Positions 52,912 through 64,000 of a DNA stretch of 64,000 nucleotides are shown piece by piece. Numbering within the stretch: the stretch's first letter is position 1; each line of letters begins with the position of its first letter. Origin of the DNA: Dendrobates tinctorius (lineage: Eukaryota); NCBI RefSeq assembly GCF_039654945.1, contig NW_027361766.1, positions 26,350,001-26,414,000 on the forward strand. The letters run 5' to 3'. Under the pieces are notes generated by a model that did no database searches, was not told where the DNA came from, and saw nothing but the letters and a program-made list of their open reading frames with translations. A program made the position numbers and the translations under genes.

Positions 52912-55900
52912 CCATAGAATCCCCGTGTGCTGCACGTCACCCCCATAGAATCCCCGTGTGCTGCACGTCACCCCCCATAGAATCCCCGTGTGCTGCACAT
53001 CACCCCCCCATAGAATCCCCGTGTGCTGCACATCACCCCCCCCATAGAATCCCCGTGTGCTGCACATCACCCCCCCATAGAATCCCCGTGTGCTGCACGT
53101 CACCCCCGATAGAATCCCCGTGTGCTGCACGTCACCCCCCCATAGAATCCCCGTGTGCTGCACGTCACCCCCCCCATAGAATCCCCGTGTGCTGCACGTC
53201 ACCCCCCCATAGAATCCCCGTGTGCTGCACGTCACCCCCCCATAGAATCCCCGTGTGCTGCACGTCACCCCCCCATAGAATCCCCGTGTGCTGCACGTCT
53301 GCCCCATAGAATCCCCGTGTGCTGCACGTCACCCCCCCATAGAATCCCCGTGTGCTGCACGTCACCCCCCCCATAGAATCCCCGTGTGCTGCACGTCACC
53401 CCCCCATAGAATCCCCGTGTGCTGCACGTCACCCCCCATAGAATCCCCGTGTGCTGCACGTCACCCCCCATAGAATCCCCGTGTGCTGCACGTCACCCCC
53501 CATAGAATCCCCGTGTGCTGCACGTCACCCCCCCATAGAATCCCCGTGTGCTGCACGTCACCCCCCCATAGAATCCCCGTGTGCTGCACGTCACCCCCCC
53601 ATAGAATCCCCGTGTGCTGCACGTCACCCCCCCATAGAATCCCCGTGTGCTGCACGTCAGCCCCCATAGAATCCCCGTGTGCTGCACGTCAGCCCCATAG
53701 AATCCCCGTGTGCTGCACGTCAGCCCCATAGAATCCCCGTGTGCTGCACGTCACCCCCCATAGAATCCCCGTGTGCTGCACGTCACCCCCCATAGAATCC
53801 CCGTGTGCTGCACGTCACCCCCCATAGAATCCCCGTGTGCTGCACGTCACCCCCCATAGAATCCCCGTGTGCTGCACGTCACCCCCCATAGAATCCCCGT
53901 GTGCTGCACGTCACCCCCCATAGAATCCCCGTGTGCTGCACGTCACCCCCCATAGAATCCCCGTGTGCTGCACGTCACCCCCCATAGAATCCCCGTGTGC
54001 TGCACGTCACCCCCCATAGAATCCCCGTGTGCTGCACGTCACCCCCCATAGAATCCCCGTGTGCTGCACGTCACCCCCCATAGAATCCCCGTGTGCTGCA
54101 CGTCACCCCCCATAGAATCCCCGTGTGCTGCACGTCACCCCCCATAGAATCCCCGTGTGCTGCACGTCACCCCCCATAGAATCCCCGTGTGCTGCACGTC
54201 ACCCCCCATAGAATCCCCGTGTGCTGCACGTCACCCCCCATAGAATCCCCGTGTGCTGCACGTCACCCCCCATAGAATCCCCGTGTGCTGCACGTCACCC
54301 CCCATAGAATCCCCGTGTGCTGCACGTCACCCCCCATAGAATCCCCGTGTGCTGCACGTCACCCCCCATAGAATCCCCGTGTGCTGCACGTCACCCCCCA
54401 TAGAATCCCCGTGTGCTGCACGTCACCCCCCATAGAATCCCCGTGTGCTGCACGTCACCCCCCATAGAATCCCCGTGTGCTGCACGTCACCCCCCATAGA
54501 ATCCCCGTGTGCTGCACGTCACCCCCCATAGAATCCCCGTGTGCTGCACGTCACCCCCCATAGAATCCCCGTGTGCTGCACGTCACCCCCCATAGAATCC
54601 CCGTGTGCTGCACGTCACCCCCCATAGAATCCCCGTGTGCTGCACGTCACCCCCCATAGAATCCCCGTGTGCTGCACGTCACCCCCCATAGAATCCCCGT
54701 GTGCTGCACGTCACCCCCCATAGAATCCCCGTGTGCTGCACGTCACCCCCCATAGAATCCCCGTGTGCTGCACGTCACCCCCCATAGAATCCCCGTGTGC
54801 TGCACGTCACCCCCCATAGAATCCCCGTGTGCTGCACGTCACCCCCCATAGAATCCCCGTGTGCTGCACGTCACCCCCCATAGAATCCCCGTGTGCTGCA
54901 CGTCACCCCCCATAGAATCCCCGTGTGCTGCACGTCACCCCCCATAGAATCCCCGTGTGCTGCACGTCACCCCCCATAGAATCCCCGTGTGCTGCACGTC
55001 ACCCCCCATAGAATCCCCGTGTGCTGCACGTCACCCCCCATAGAATCCCCGTGTGCTGCACGTCACCCCCCATAGAATCCCCGTGTGCTGCACGTCACCC
55101 CCCATAGAATCCCCGTGTGCTGCACGTCACCCCCCATAGAATCCCCGTGTGCTGCACGTCACCCCCCATAGAATCCCCGTGTGCTGCACGTCACCCCCCA
55201 TAGAATCCCCGTGTGCTGCACGTCACCCCCCATAGAATCCCCGTGTGCTGCACGTCACCCCCCATAGAATCCCCGTGTGCTGCACGTCACCCCCCATAGA
55301 ATCCCCGTGTGCTGCACGTCACCCCCCATAGAATCCCCGTGTGCTGCACGTCACCCCCCATAGAATCCCCGTGTGCTGCACGTCACCCCCCATAGAATCC
55401 CCGTGTGCTGCACGTCACCCCCCATAGAATCCCCGTGTGCTGCACGTCACCCCCCATAGAATCCCCGTGTGCTGCACGTCACCCCCCATAGAATCCCCGT
55501 GTGCTGCACGTCACCCCCCATAGAATCCCCGTGTGCTGCACGTCACCCCCCATAGAATCCCCGTGTGCTGCACGTCACCCCCCATAGAATCCCCGTGTGC
55601 TGCACGTCACCCCCCATAGAATCCCCGTGTGCCGCACGTCACCCCCCATAGAATCCCCGTGTGCCGCACGTCACCCCCCATAGAATCCCCGTGTGCCGCA
55701 CGTCACCCCCCATAGAATCCCCGTGTGCCGCACGTCACCCCCCATAGAATCCCCGTGTGCCGCACGTCACCCCCCATAGAATCCCCGTGTGCCGCACGTC
55801 ACCCCCCATAGAATCCCCGTGTGCCGCACGTCACCCCCCATAGAATCCCCGTGTGCCGCACGTCACCCCCCATAGAATCCCCGTGTGCCGCACGTCACCC

Positions 55901-58900
55901 CCCATAGAATCCCCGTGTGCCGCACGTCACCCCCCATAGAATCCCCGTGTGCCGCACGTCACCCCCCATAGAATCCCCGTGTGCCGCACGTCACCCCCCA
56001 TAGAATCCCCGTGTGCCGCACGTCACCCCCCATAGAATCCCCGTGTGCCGCACGTCACCCCCCATAGAATCCCCGTGTGCCGCACGTCACCCCCCATAGA
56101 ATCCCCGTGTGCCGCACGTCACCCCCCATAGAATCCCCGTGTGCCGCACGTCACCCCCCATAGAATCCCCGTGTGCCGCACGTCACCCCCCATAGAATCC
56201 CCGTGTGCCGCACGTCACCCCCCATAGAATCCCCGTGTGCCGCACGTCACCCCCCATAGAATCCCCGTGTGCCGCACGTCACCCCCCATAGAATCCCCGT
56301 GTGCCGCACGTCACCCCCCATAGAATCCCCGTGTGCCGCACGTCACCCCCCATAGAATCCCCGTGTGCCGCACGTCACCCCCCATAGAATCCCCGTGTGC
56401 CGCACGTCACCCCCCATAGAATCCCCGTGTGCCGCACGTCACCCCCCATAGAATCCCCGTGTGCCGCACGTCACCCCCCATAGAATCCCCGTGTGCCGCA
56501 CGTCACCCCCCATAGAATCCCCGTGTGCCGCACGTCACCCCCCATAGAATCCCCGTGTGCCGCCCGTCACCCCCCATAGAATCCCCGTGTGCCGCCCGTC
56601 ACCCCCCATAGAATCCCCGTGTGCCGCCCGTCACCCCCCATAGAATCCCCGTGTGCCGCCCGTCACCCCCCATAGAATCCCCGTGTGCCGCCCGTCACCC
56701 CCCATAGAATCCCCGTGTGCCGCCCGTCACCCCCCATAGAATCCCCGTGTGCCGCCCGTCACCCCCCATAGAATCCCCGTGTGCCGCCCGTCACCCCCCA
56801 TAGAATCCCCGTGTGCCGCCCGTCACCCCCCATAGAATCCCCGTGTGCCGCCCGTCACCCCCCATAGAATCCCCGTGTGCCGCCCGTCACCCCCCATAGA
56901 ATCCCCGTGTGCCGCCCGTCACCCCCCATAGAATCCCCGTGTGCCGCCCGTCACCCCCCATAGAATCCCCGTGTGCCGCCCGTCACCCCCCATAGAATCC
57001 CCGTGTGCCGCCCGTCACCCCCCATAGAATCCCCGTGTGCCGCCCGTCACCCCCCATAGAATCCCCGTGTGCCGCCCGTCACCCCCCATAGAATCCCCGT
57101 GTGCCGCCCGTCACCCCCCATAGAATCCCCGTGTGCCGCCCGTCACCCCCCATAGAATCCCCGTGTGCCGCCCGTCACCCCCCATAGAATCCCCGTGTGC
57201 CGCCCGTCACCCCCCATAGAATCCCCGTGTGCCGCCCGTCACCCCCCATAGAATCCCCGTGTGCCGCCCGTCACCCCCCATAGAATCCCCGTGTGCCGCC
57301 CGTCACCCCCCATAGAATCCCCGTGTGCCGCCCGTCACCCCCCATAGAATCCCCGTGTGCCGCCCGTCACCCCCCATAGAATCCCCGTGTGCCGCCCGTC
57401 ACCCCCCATAGAATCCCCGTGTGCCGCCCGTCACCCCCCATAGAATCCCCGTGTGCCGCCCGTCACCCCCCATAGAATCCCCGTGTGCCGCCCGTCACCC
57501 CCCATAGAATCCCCGTGTGCCGCCCGTCACCCCCCATAGAATCCCCGTGTGCCGCCCGTCACCCCCCATAGAATCCCCGTGTGCCGCCCGTCACCCCCCA
57601 TAGAATCCCCGTGTGCCGCCCGTCACCCCCCATAGAATCCCCGTGTGCCGCCCGTCACCCCCCATAGAATCCCCGTGTGCCGCCCGTCACCCCCCATAGA
57701 ATCCCCGTGTGCCGCCCGTCACCCCCCATAGAATCCCCGTGTGCCGCCCGTCACCCCCCATAGAATCCCCGTGTGCCGCCCGTCACCCCCCATAGAATCC
57801 CCGTGTGCCGCCCGTCACCCCCCATAGAATCCCCGTGTGCCGCCCGTCACCCCCCATAGAATCCCCGTGTGCCGCCCGTCACCCCCCATAGAATCCCCGT
57901 GTGCCGCCCGTCACCCCCCATAGAATCCCCGTGTGCCGCCCGTCACCCCCCATAGAATCCCCGTGTGCCGCCCGTCACCCCCCATAGAATCCCCGTGTGC
58001 CGCCCGTCACCCCCCATAGAATCCCCGTGTGCCGCCCGTCACCCCCCATAGAATCCCCGTGTGCCGCCCGTCACCCCCCATAGAATCCCCGTGTGCCGCC
58101 CGTCACCCCCCATAGAATCCCCGTGTGCCGCCCGTCACCCCCCATAGAATCCCCGTGTGCCGCCCGTCACCCCCCATAGAATCCCCGTGTGCCGCCCGTC
58201 ACCCCCCATAGAATCCCCGTGTGCCGCCCGTCACCCCCCATAGAATCCCCGTGTGCCGCCCGTCACCCCCCATAGAATCCCCGTGTGCCGCCCGTCACCC
58301 CCCATAGAATCCCCGTGTGCCGCCCGTCACCCCCCATAGAATCCCCGTGTGCCGCCCGTCACCCCCCATAGAATCCCCGTGTGCCGCCCGTCACCCCCCA
58401 TAGAATCCCCGTGTGCCGCCCGTCACCCCCCATAGAATCCCCGTGTGCCGCCCGTCACCCCCCATAGAATCCCCGTGTGCCGCCCGTCACCCCCCATAGA
58501 ATCCCCGTGTGCCGCCCGTCACCCCCCATAGAATCCCCGTGTGCCGCCCGTCACCCCCCATAGAATCCCCGTGTGCCGCCCGTCACCCCCCATAGAATCC
58601 CCGTGTGCCGCCCGTCACCCCCCATAGAATCCCCGTGTGCCGCCCGTCACCCCCCATAGAATCCCCGTGTGCCGCCCGTCACCCCCCATAGAATCCCCGT
58701 GTGCCGCCCGTCACCCCCCATAGAATCCCCGTGTGCCGCCCGTCACCCCCCATAGAATCCCCGTGTGCCGCCCGTCACCCCCCATAGAATCCCCGTGTGC
58801 CGCCCGTCACCCCCCATAGAATCCCCGTGTGCCGCCCGTCACCCCCCATAGAATCCCCGTGTGCCGCCCGTCACCCCCCATAGAATCCCCGTGTGCCGCC

Positions 58901-59080
58901 CGTCACCCCCCATAGAATCCCCGTGTGCCGCCCGTCACCCCCCATAGAATCCCCGTGTGCCGCCCGTCACCCCCCATAGAATCCCCGTGTGCCGCCCGTC
59001 ACCCCCCATAGAATCCCCGTGTGCCGCCCGTCACCCCCCATAGAATCCCCGTGTGCCGCCCGTCACCCCCCATAGAATCC
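52912..59080. repeat. 32-bp GC-rich minisatellite, ~190 units
   Basis: Unit CATAGAATCCCCGTGTGC(T/C)GC(A/C)CGTCACCCCC. Confidence 0.99.
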
Positions 59081-59719
59081 ACCATAGAATGGTGATTTAA
59101 TCATCCATCAAGTGCCTCTAACAGCCGCAAGTGGATCAGAGATCTACCTGCAGCGGTTAACCATTTAGCAGCACCATTGGCAGTGGCATTTAACATGCTG
59201 CCCGGAAGCATAAGTCCCACACATCGGCGCACCTCTCATGTGATCGAGGGGTGCAAATGGGTTGGGTGATTGTGATTTTTGCTATACATAGCAGAGCTGA
59301 AGCCCTGCTACGTGTAGCACAGGTGATCTGATGATTGCAGCTTCAAGTCTCCTAAGGGGACTACTGAACACAGTAAAAAACAAAAAACAAAAACAAAAAA
59401 AAACACTTTCAAATTAACCAACTTTTCCCCCTTGCGTCTCTGTGTACTCTGTTTTGAAGACTTAATCTGTCAGAGCTTGTGCAGTATTCACAAATAAAGA
59501 TGTACAAAGCTTCTGAAATTTGAGTTCATTAGATTTGCTCAAAATTGCCTGTGAATTTCAATTCACATTGAATAGATTTGGTGCAAATTGAAACTTTCAT
59601 AGAATGTCAACAGAACAGGTGCATATGAGGTTGTGCAGCAGGAAGCACCAAATGTTTCCTTCATTTTTAGGAAGATGTGGTTCCAGTGGAAATTCCATGC
59701 AAATAGCCTCTTAAAAGAG

Positions 59720-60062
59720 CAGTGCATTACACTATATAGAGGCCTATATGGAGTGCTTTATACTACATCGAGGCCTATGGGGAGAGCATTATACTTTATG
59801 GAGGCCTATAGGAATGTATTATACTATATAGAGGCCTATATGGAGTGTCTTATACAATATAGAGGCCTATGGGGAGTGATTTACTATATGGAGGAATATG
59901 GGGAGTGCATTATACTGTATTCAAGTGTATGGGGAATGCATTATACTGTATGGAGGCCTGTGGGGGGTGCATTATACTATATAGAAGCAAATGGGGAGTG
60001 CATTATACTATATGGATTCATATGGAGAGTGCATTATGCTTTATGGAGGACTATGGGGAGTG
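59720..60062. repeat. Degenerate ~30-bp minisatellite
   Basis: Recurring GTGCATTATACTATATGGAGGCCTATGGGGA-like units. Confidence 0.8.
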
Positions 60063-61247
60063 TGTTAGACTTGGAGATAGCTTGACATTGAGGTATAGGT
60101 TTTGTCCAGGTCACAACAGCAGAGCTTTATACTGCACATGCTCACAAGCACTTGTCCTATTAGCAATCTAGAACAGGTTTCTGTCAGAGTAACAAGGCAG
60201 TGGCCCTTCTACAGTAATGATCAACCTATCCAAAACTATTATGATTTGCTAACTAAAGATATTTAGAAATTAATTTATGTCTTTTCTCTTAGTTATTTGT
60301 TTTTCTGTTTCAGGAGAATCCATTTAAACATGATTCTTAATTTTAGTGTTAACCCGCTGTATACAGGGGCTGAGAGGAACATCATACTGTAGGAAGAAGG
60401 CTTTATATTAAAAGGACCAAGGGGAGTGATCTACTCAAGGTTGGGGCTGTACAGGAACTGATAGAAGCGATATACTGCAGGATGGGGAGACTGTATATAT
60501 CATGGTGTGATATCCTGCATGATGGGGGCTGTATATACAAGTGACTGAGAAGAGCTTTGTAATGCAAGATGGGGGCTATATATCTGTATATACAATTGAG
60601 TGAGAGGAGCGAGGTACTGCAGGATGAGGGCTTTAGATAAAAAAGGGACAGAACAGTGATATTTTACAGGGTGAGAACTGGTGCTATAAAAAATGTATAA
60701 TAATCAGGGGGCTGAGAGAATTTCTATACAGCAGAATATACTGAAGATGTGAGGTGAGGAAATTGAAATGTATGTATACTACAAGGGTGCACTGTGTGTG
60801 GGATGATATTATAATCTGGGGTGGTGGGTAATTATTTTTTTTTTATTTCTACAGGAAGTGTGATTATAATTCGAGACAAGGGCTGATTACTGCAGGGGAG
60901 AATGTTATTACCAGGCTGAGGGAGAGGGTTCAATACTAGGGATGGTCACTGTAATGGGATATGACATAATATGTGGTGGGGCATATGATTTATTATTTTA
61001 TTATGGGGGGGATTATTGCTGCAAGAGGAGAAGTTATTGTGATTGGGTAGTGTGGGGTTCTGGGTGGGGAGGAATCTAATTGCAGCATCTTTCCATTGTA
61101 TAATTAGAAGTTTTTGTTAATGGCACTTTTTCAGCCATTGACAATTAGTCGTCCATTTGTGATTAATTCCTAATGATACAGCAGAAAGAGGCTGTGAATT
61201 TTGTGACTTTTTTTTTTTTATCTTCCTGATGGCTTTATCTCATTTAG

Positions 61248-61263
61248 CCACTAGATGGCGGAG
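61248..61263 (+). promoter_or_regulatory. Candidate CTCF site in non-repetitive DNA
   Basis: CCACTAGATGGCGG matches the CTCF core consensus CCASYAGRKGGCRS; motif match only. Confidence 0.45.
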
Positions 61264-61568
61264 TATTAACATAAATGTCATGCATTAGCATTCTTAGGTA
61301 AGCCCTAGTGAGAAGGCCACAATGTGTAAGAGTCTCACTCCAGACACTAAATTTATATTGTGAACCCAGTTTATCACTGACATTGCTATCATCTTAATTG
61401 ATGTAACTTATTTAGCCACTAGATTTAGTATCCACATAAACATACCAAGCCTTCGCTACTATTTCTAATATTGTTGGATCAGCTTTTGTGCTACTAATTT
61501 GCAAAAAAGTTTACCAGCACTTGCTACATATGACATTCCCTCAATCACCACCGAAAACAACTATACTT

Positions 61569-61930
61569 AAGCCATGTTCACACGCAGCATTTTTTGCAGC
61601 AAAAATACGCTCCTTTGGCAGTAAAAACACTGCATTTTTTTCAGCATTTTTTTGTTTACAGTGGGTTTTGGGTGTGGATTACATGTGTGCTTGGTCTACA
61701 TCTATGCTTAATAAAGTTTGTTTTATTCACCAGAAATTCTTAAAAAAAACAAGGCAAGAAAAGCCATAAAAACGATTGTTGCATTTCTTGCAGCGGTTTT
61801 TCACTTTCTCATTGCTTTCTATGGGTGACAAACACTTCAAAAATGCTGCCATAAGTGACACGCTGCAGATTTTTAAAAAAACTCTGCGGTTCTCAGCAAA
61901 ATAAAACAACGCTGCACGTGAACATAGCCT
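61569..61930. mobile_element. Harbinger-type MITE
   Basis: AAGCCATGTTCACACGCAGC ... GCTGCACGTGAACATAGCCT inverted ends. Confidence 0.65.
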
Positions 61931-62333
61931 TGCAAGCTTATTGGCTGACCACATTGTCTATACTTCAGAACAGTAGATTATGAACTCCAATAGGGACAGG
62001 AACTGATGGAAATGGTGATAATCTCAGTACAGCGCAGTGGAATATGTTGATCTATAAGGAACAAGTAATAAATGAAAAGTAAATTTTCTGTTGAGAATTT
62101 TTTTTTCATTCTGTGCATTGCATCCCTAGTCCAACAAGGAGTGTGGATTAAAGGGAAGAGGTGGGCCACTAGGGCGATCCTTAATGCAAGCAAAAAATTA
62201 TATTTTCAATTTTTTTGATGGGGCATACTCTGAATGGATTCATTTGGGTAAAAAATAAACTACAAATATTTTAAAAATCTTTTCTATTTTACATGTCACT
62301 ACCAAACAAGATATGTAGTCATTTGAACATGTC

Positions 62334-63073
62334 TATCAGGATCAGCCGCCTGAATATCGGGACTAGCTGCCCGATGGGCACTCACCGGCGGCAGAGGAGG
62401 AGGCCTGCCTGGAAGTCTGGCGCCAAGGACAGCCAGTGACAGCAGGGAGCAGTGAATTGGAGCGGTGCTAGCGATGTGCAGGAGCTAGCCGCTCGCAAGA
62501 GAAGGCAGACAGGACCTGAGGTCACGTGACCACTGGTCAGAGGGGATTGGGCGGAGCCTAGCGCCGCTGTTGGCTCTGACAGAGCGGGGCTGCTGTGACT
62601 CCTGGGGAAAATGCAGGAGGGATAGGGGACCCCAGGGACGATAAAGGGACGACGGAGGGAAACGTAATCAAACACAAGCCAAGGTCATACAGGGATCTGG
62701 AAAATAAGTACACAGGGGCAAACCAACGGATAGTCAAAGTACGTAGCCAGAGTCAGGAAACCAGGAGTATCAGATAACAGTATACAGGCGACAAGCACAA
62801 ATCACAACAGTGACAGAACCAGGTCAGAACCAAACAGACATTCAATAGCACAAGCACACCTGGGTCGACACACTCAGCCAAGGGTCAAAGGATGGCCCCA
62901 CAATGAGGCTATAAAAAGCCTCAGAGAAACCCAAAAGGAGGCCATCCTGTTTAACACTTAACTTAACCCATTCACCAGCAAACCATGACAATATCTTAGT
63001 AAAAATTAACCATCATGATCGGCAATTACAAATCATGTTTATTTCTTAACAAAAACAGTTTTGTCGCCTGACA
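62334..63073. mobile_element. Possible solo LTR
   Basis: T(A)TCAGG ... CCTGACA short inverted termini and LTR-like composition; no clear TSD. Confidence 0.3.
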
Positions 63074-63079
63074 GTTTAA

Positions 63080-64000
63080 ATCCTTCACTCCCGAAGCTTT
63101 TTACGTTTTCGTTTTTCGCTCCAATTCTTTCCAGTGCCATAACTTTTTTATTTTTCTGTCTATATGGCCATGTGAGGGCTTATTTTTTGTGTGACAAGTT
63201 GTACTTTTAAACAACACCATTGGTTTTACCATGTCATGTTCTCGAAAATGGGAAAAAAAATTCCAAGTGCGGAGAAATTGCAAAAAAAAGTGCAATCCCA
63301 CACTCGTTTATTTGCTTGGCTTTTTTGCCAGGTTCACTAGACACCAAATCTGACCTGCCATTATGATTCTCCAGGTCATTACGAGTTCATAGACACCAAA
63401 CATGTCTATGTTCTCTTTTATTTAAGTGGTGAAAAAAAATTCCAAAGTTTGCTAAATAAAAAAAAAAATTGCGCATTTTTCCGAGACCCGTAGCGTCTCC
63501 ATTTTTCGTGATCATGGGTCAGCTGAGGGCTTATTTTTTGCGTGCCGGGCTGACGTTTTTAATGATGCCACATTAGTGCAAATACGTTCTTTTGATCGCC
63601 CGTTATTGCATTGTAATGCAATGTCGCGGCGACCAAAAAAACTTAATTCTGGCGTTTTTAATTTTTTTCTCGCTACGCCGTTTAGCTATCGGGTTAATGC
63701 TTTTTTTTATTGATCGGGCAATTCTGAACGCGGCGATATCTAATGTGTGTGTGTGGGATCTTTTTTTGTTTTATTTTGATTGGGGCGAAAGGGGGGTGAT
63801 TTGAACTTTTAGGTTTTTTTACTTTTTTTTATTTTTAAACATTTTTTTAAAACTTTTGGCATGCTTCAATAGCCTCCATAGGAGGCTAGAAGCATGCACA
63901 ACCCGATTGGCTCTACTACATATGGGCGATGAGCAGATCGCCCATATGTAGTAGATTTACTGCTGTGCTTTGAGTGCCGACCACCGGGCGGTGCTCAAAG
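63080..64000. mobile_element. Non-autonomous TTAA-targeting (piggyBac-like) element running off the window
   Basis: Starts after TTAA with (A)TCCTTCAC (cf. CCCCTT piggyBac-like ends); non-coding; a related reverse-oriented fragment lies at ~59090-59430. Confidence 0.45.

Noticed and set aside
52589-53731. Many short repetitive ORFs (IESPCAARHPP, HTGILWGG)
   Set aside because: Translations of minisatellite units; no coding evidence.
29400-64000. IL10 exons expected by synteny downstream of MAPKAPK2
   Set aside because: No IL10-like peptide (e.g. a YKAMGEFDIF-type motif) recognised on either strand; short exons could have been missed by eye.

Overview
Eukaryotic, vertebrate DNA, most likely an anuran (frog) given the repeat families present; this is an inference, not a database result. 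The only host gene recognised is the 3' end of MAPKAPK2 (MK2) on the + strand: three coding exons at 1348-1433, 20347-20427 and 26704-26838, then a probable 3' UTR. Nearly everything else is transposable element DNA, much of it nested. The 18.9-kb MAPKAPK2 intron holds a Kolobok/T2-type MITE containing two Tc1 elements. One of those Tc1 elements contains a DIRS retrotransposon and an apparently intact 9.1-kb autonomous hAT transposon (perfect 8-bp TSD, TATA/YY1 promoter, 1111-aa BED-DDE transposase, internal 180-bp satellite and a ~400-bp fold-back hairpin). Two more full-length DIRS elements follow; both carry a ~60-nt GT-AG intron-like segment at the same position in ORF1. Downstream lie a Tc1>CR1>MITE>Gmr1-like LTR nest, a TSD-flanked fold-back insertion, and a ~6.2-kb 32-bp minisatellite with stepwise variant blocks. 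There are two N gaps. No rRNA, tRNA gene or CRISPR array was found. The best candidates for something new are the DIRS ORF1 intron (and its in-frame acceptor inside MAPKAPK2) and the hairpin/satellite module in the hAT transposase 3' region.
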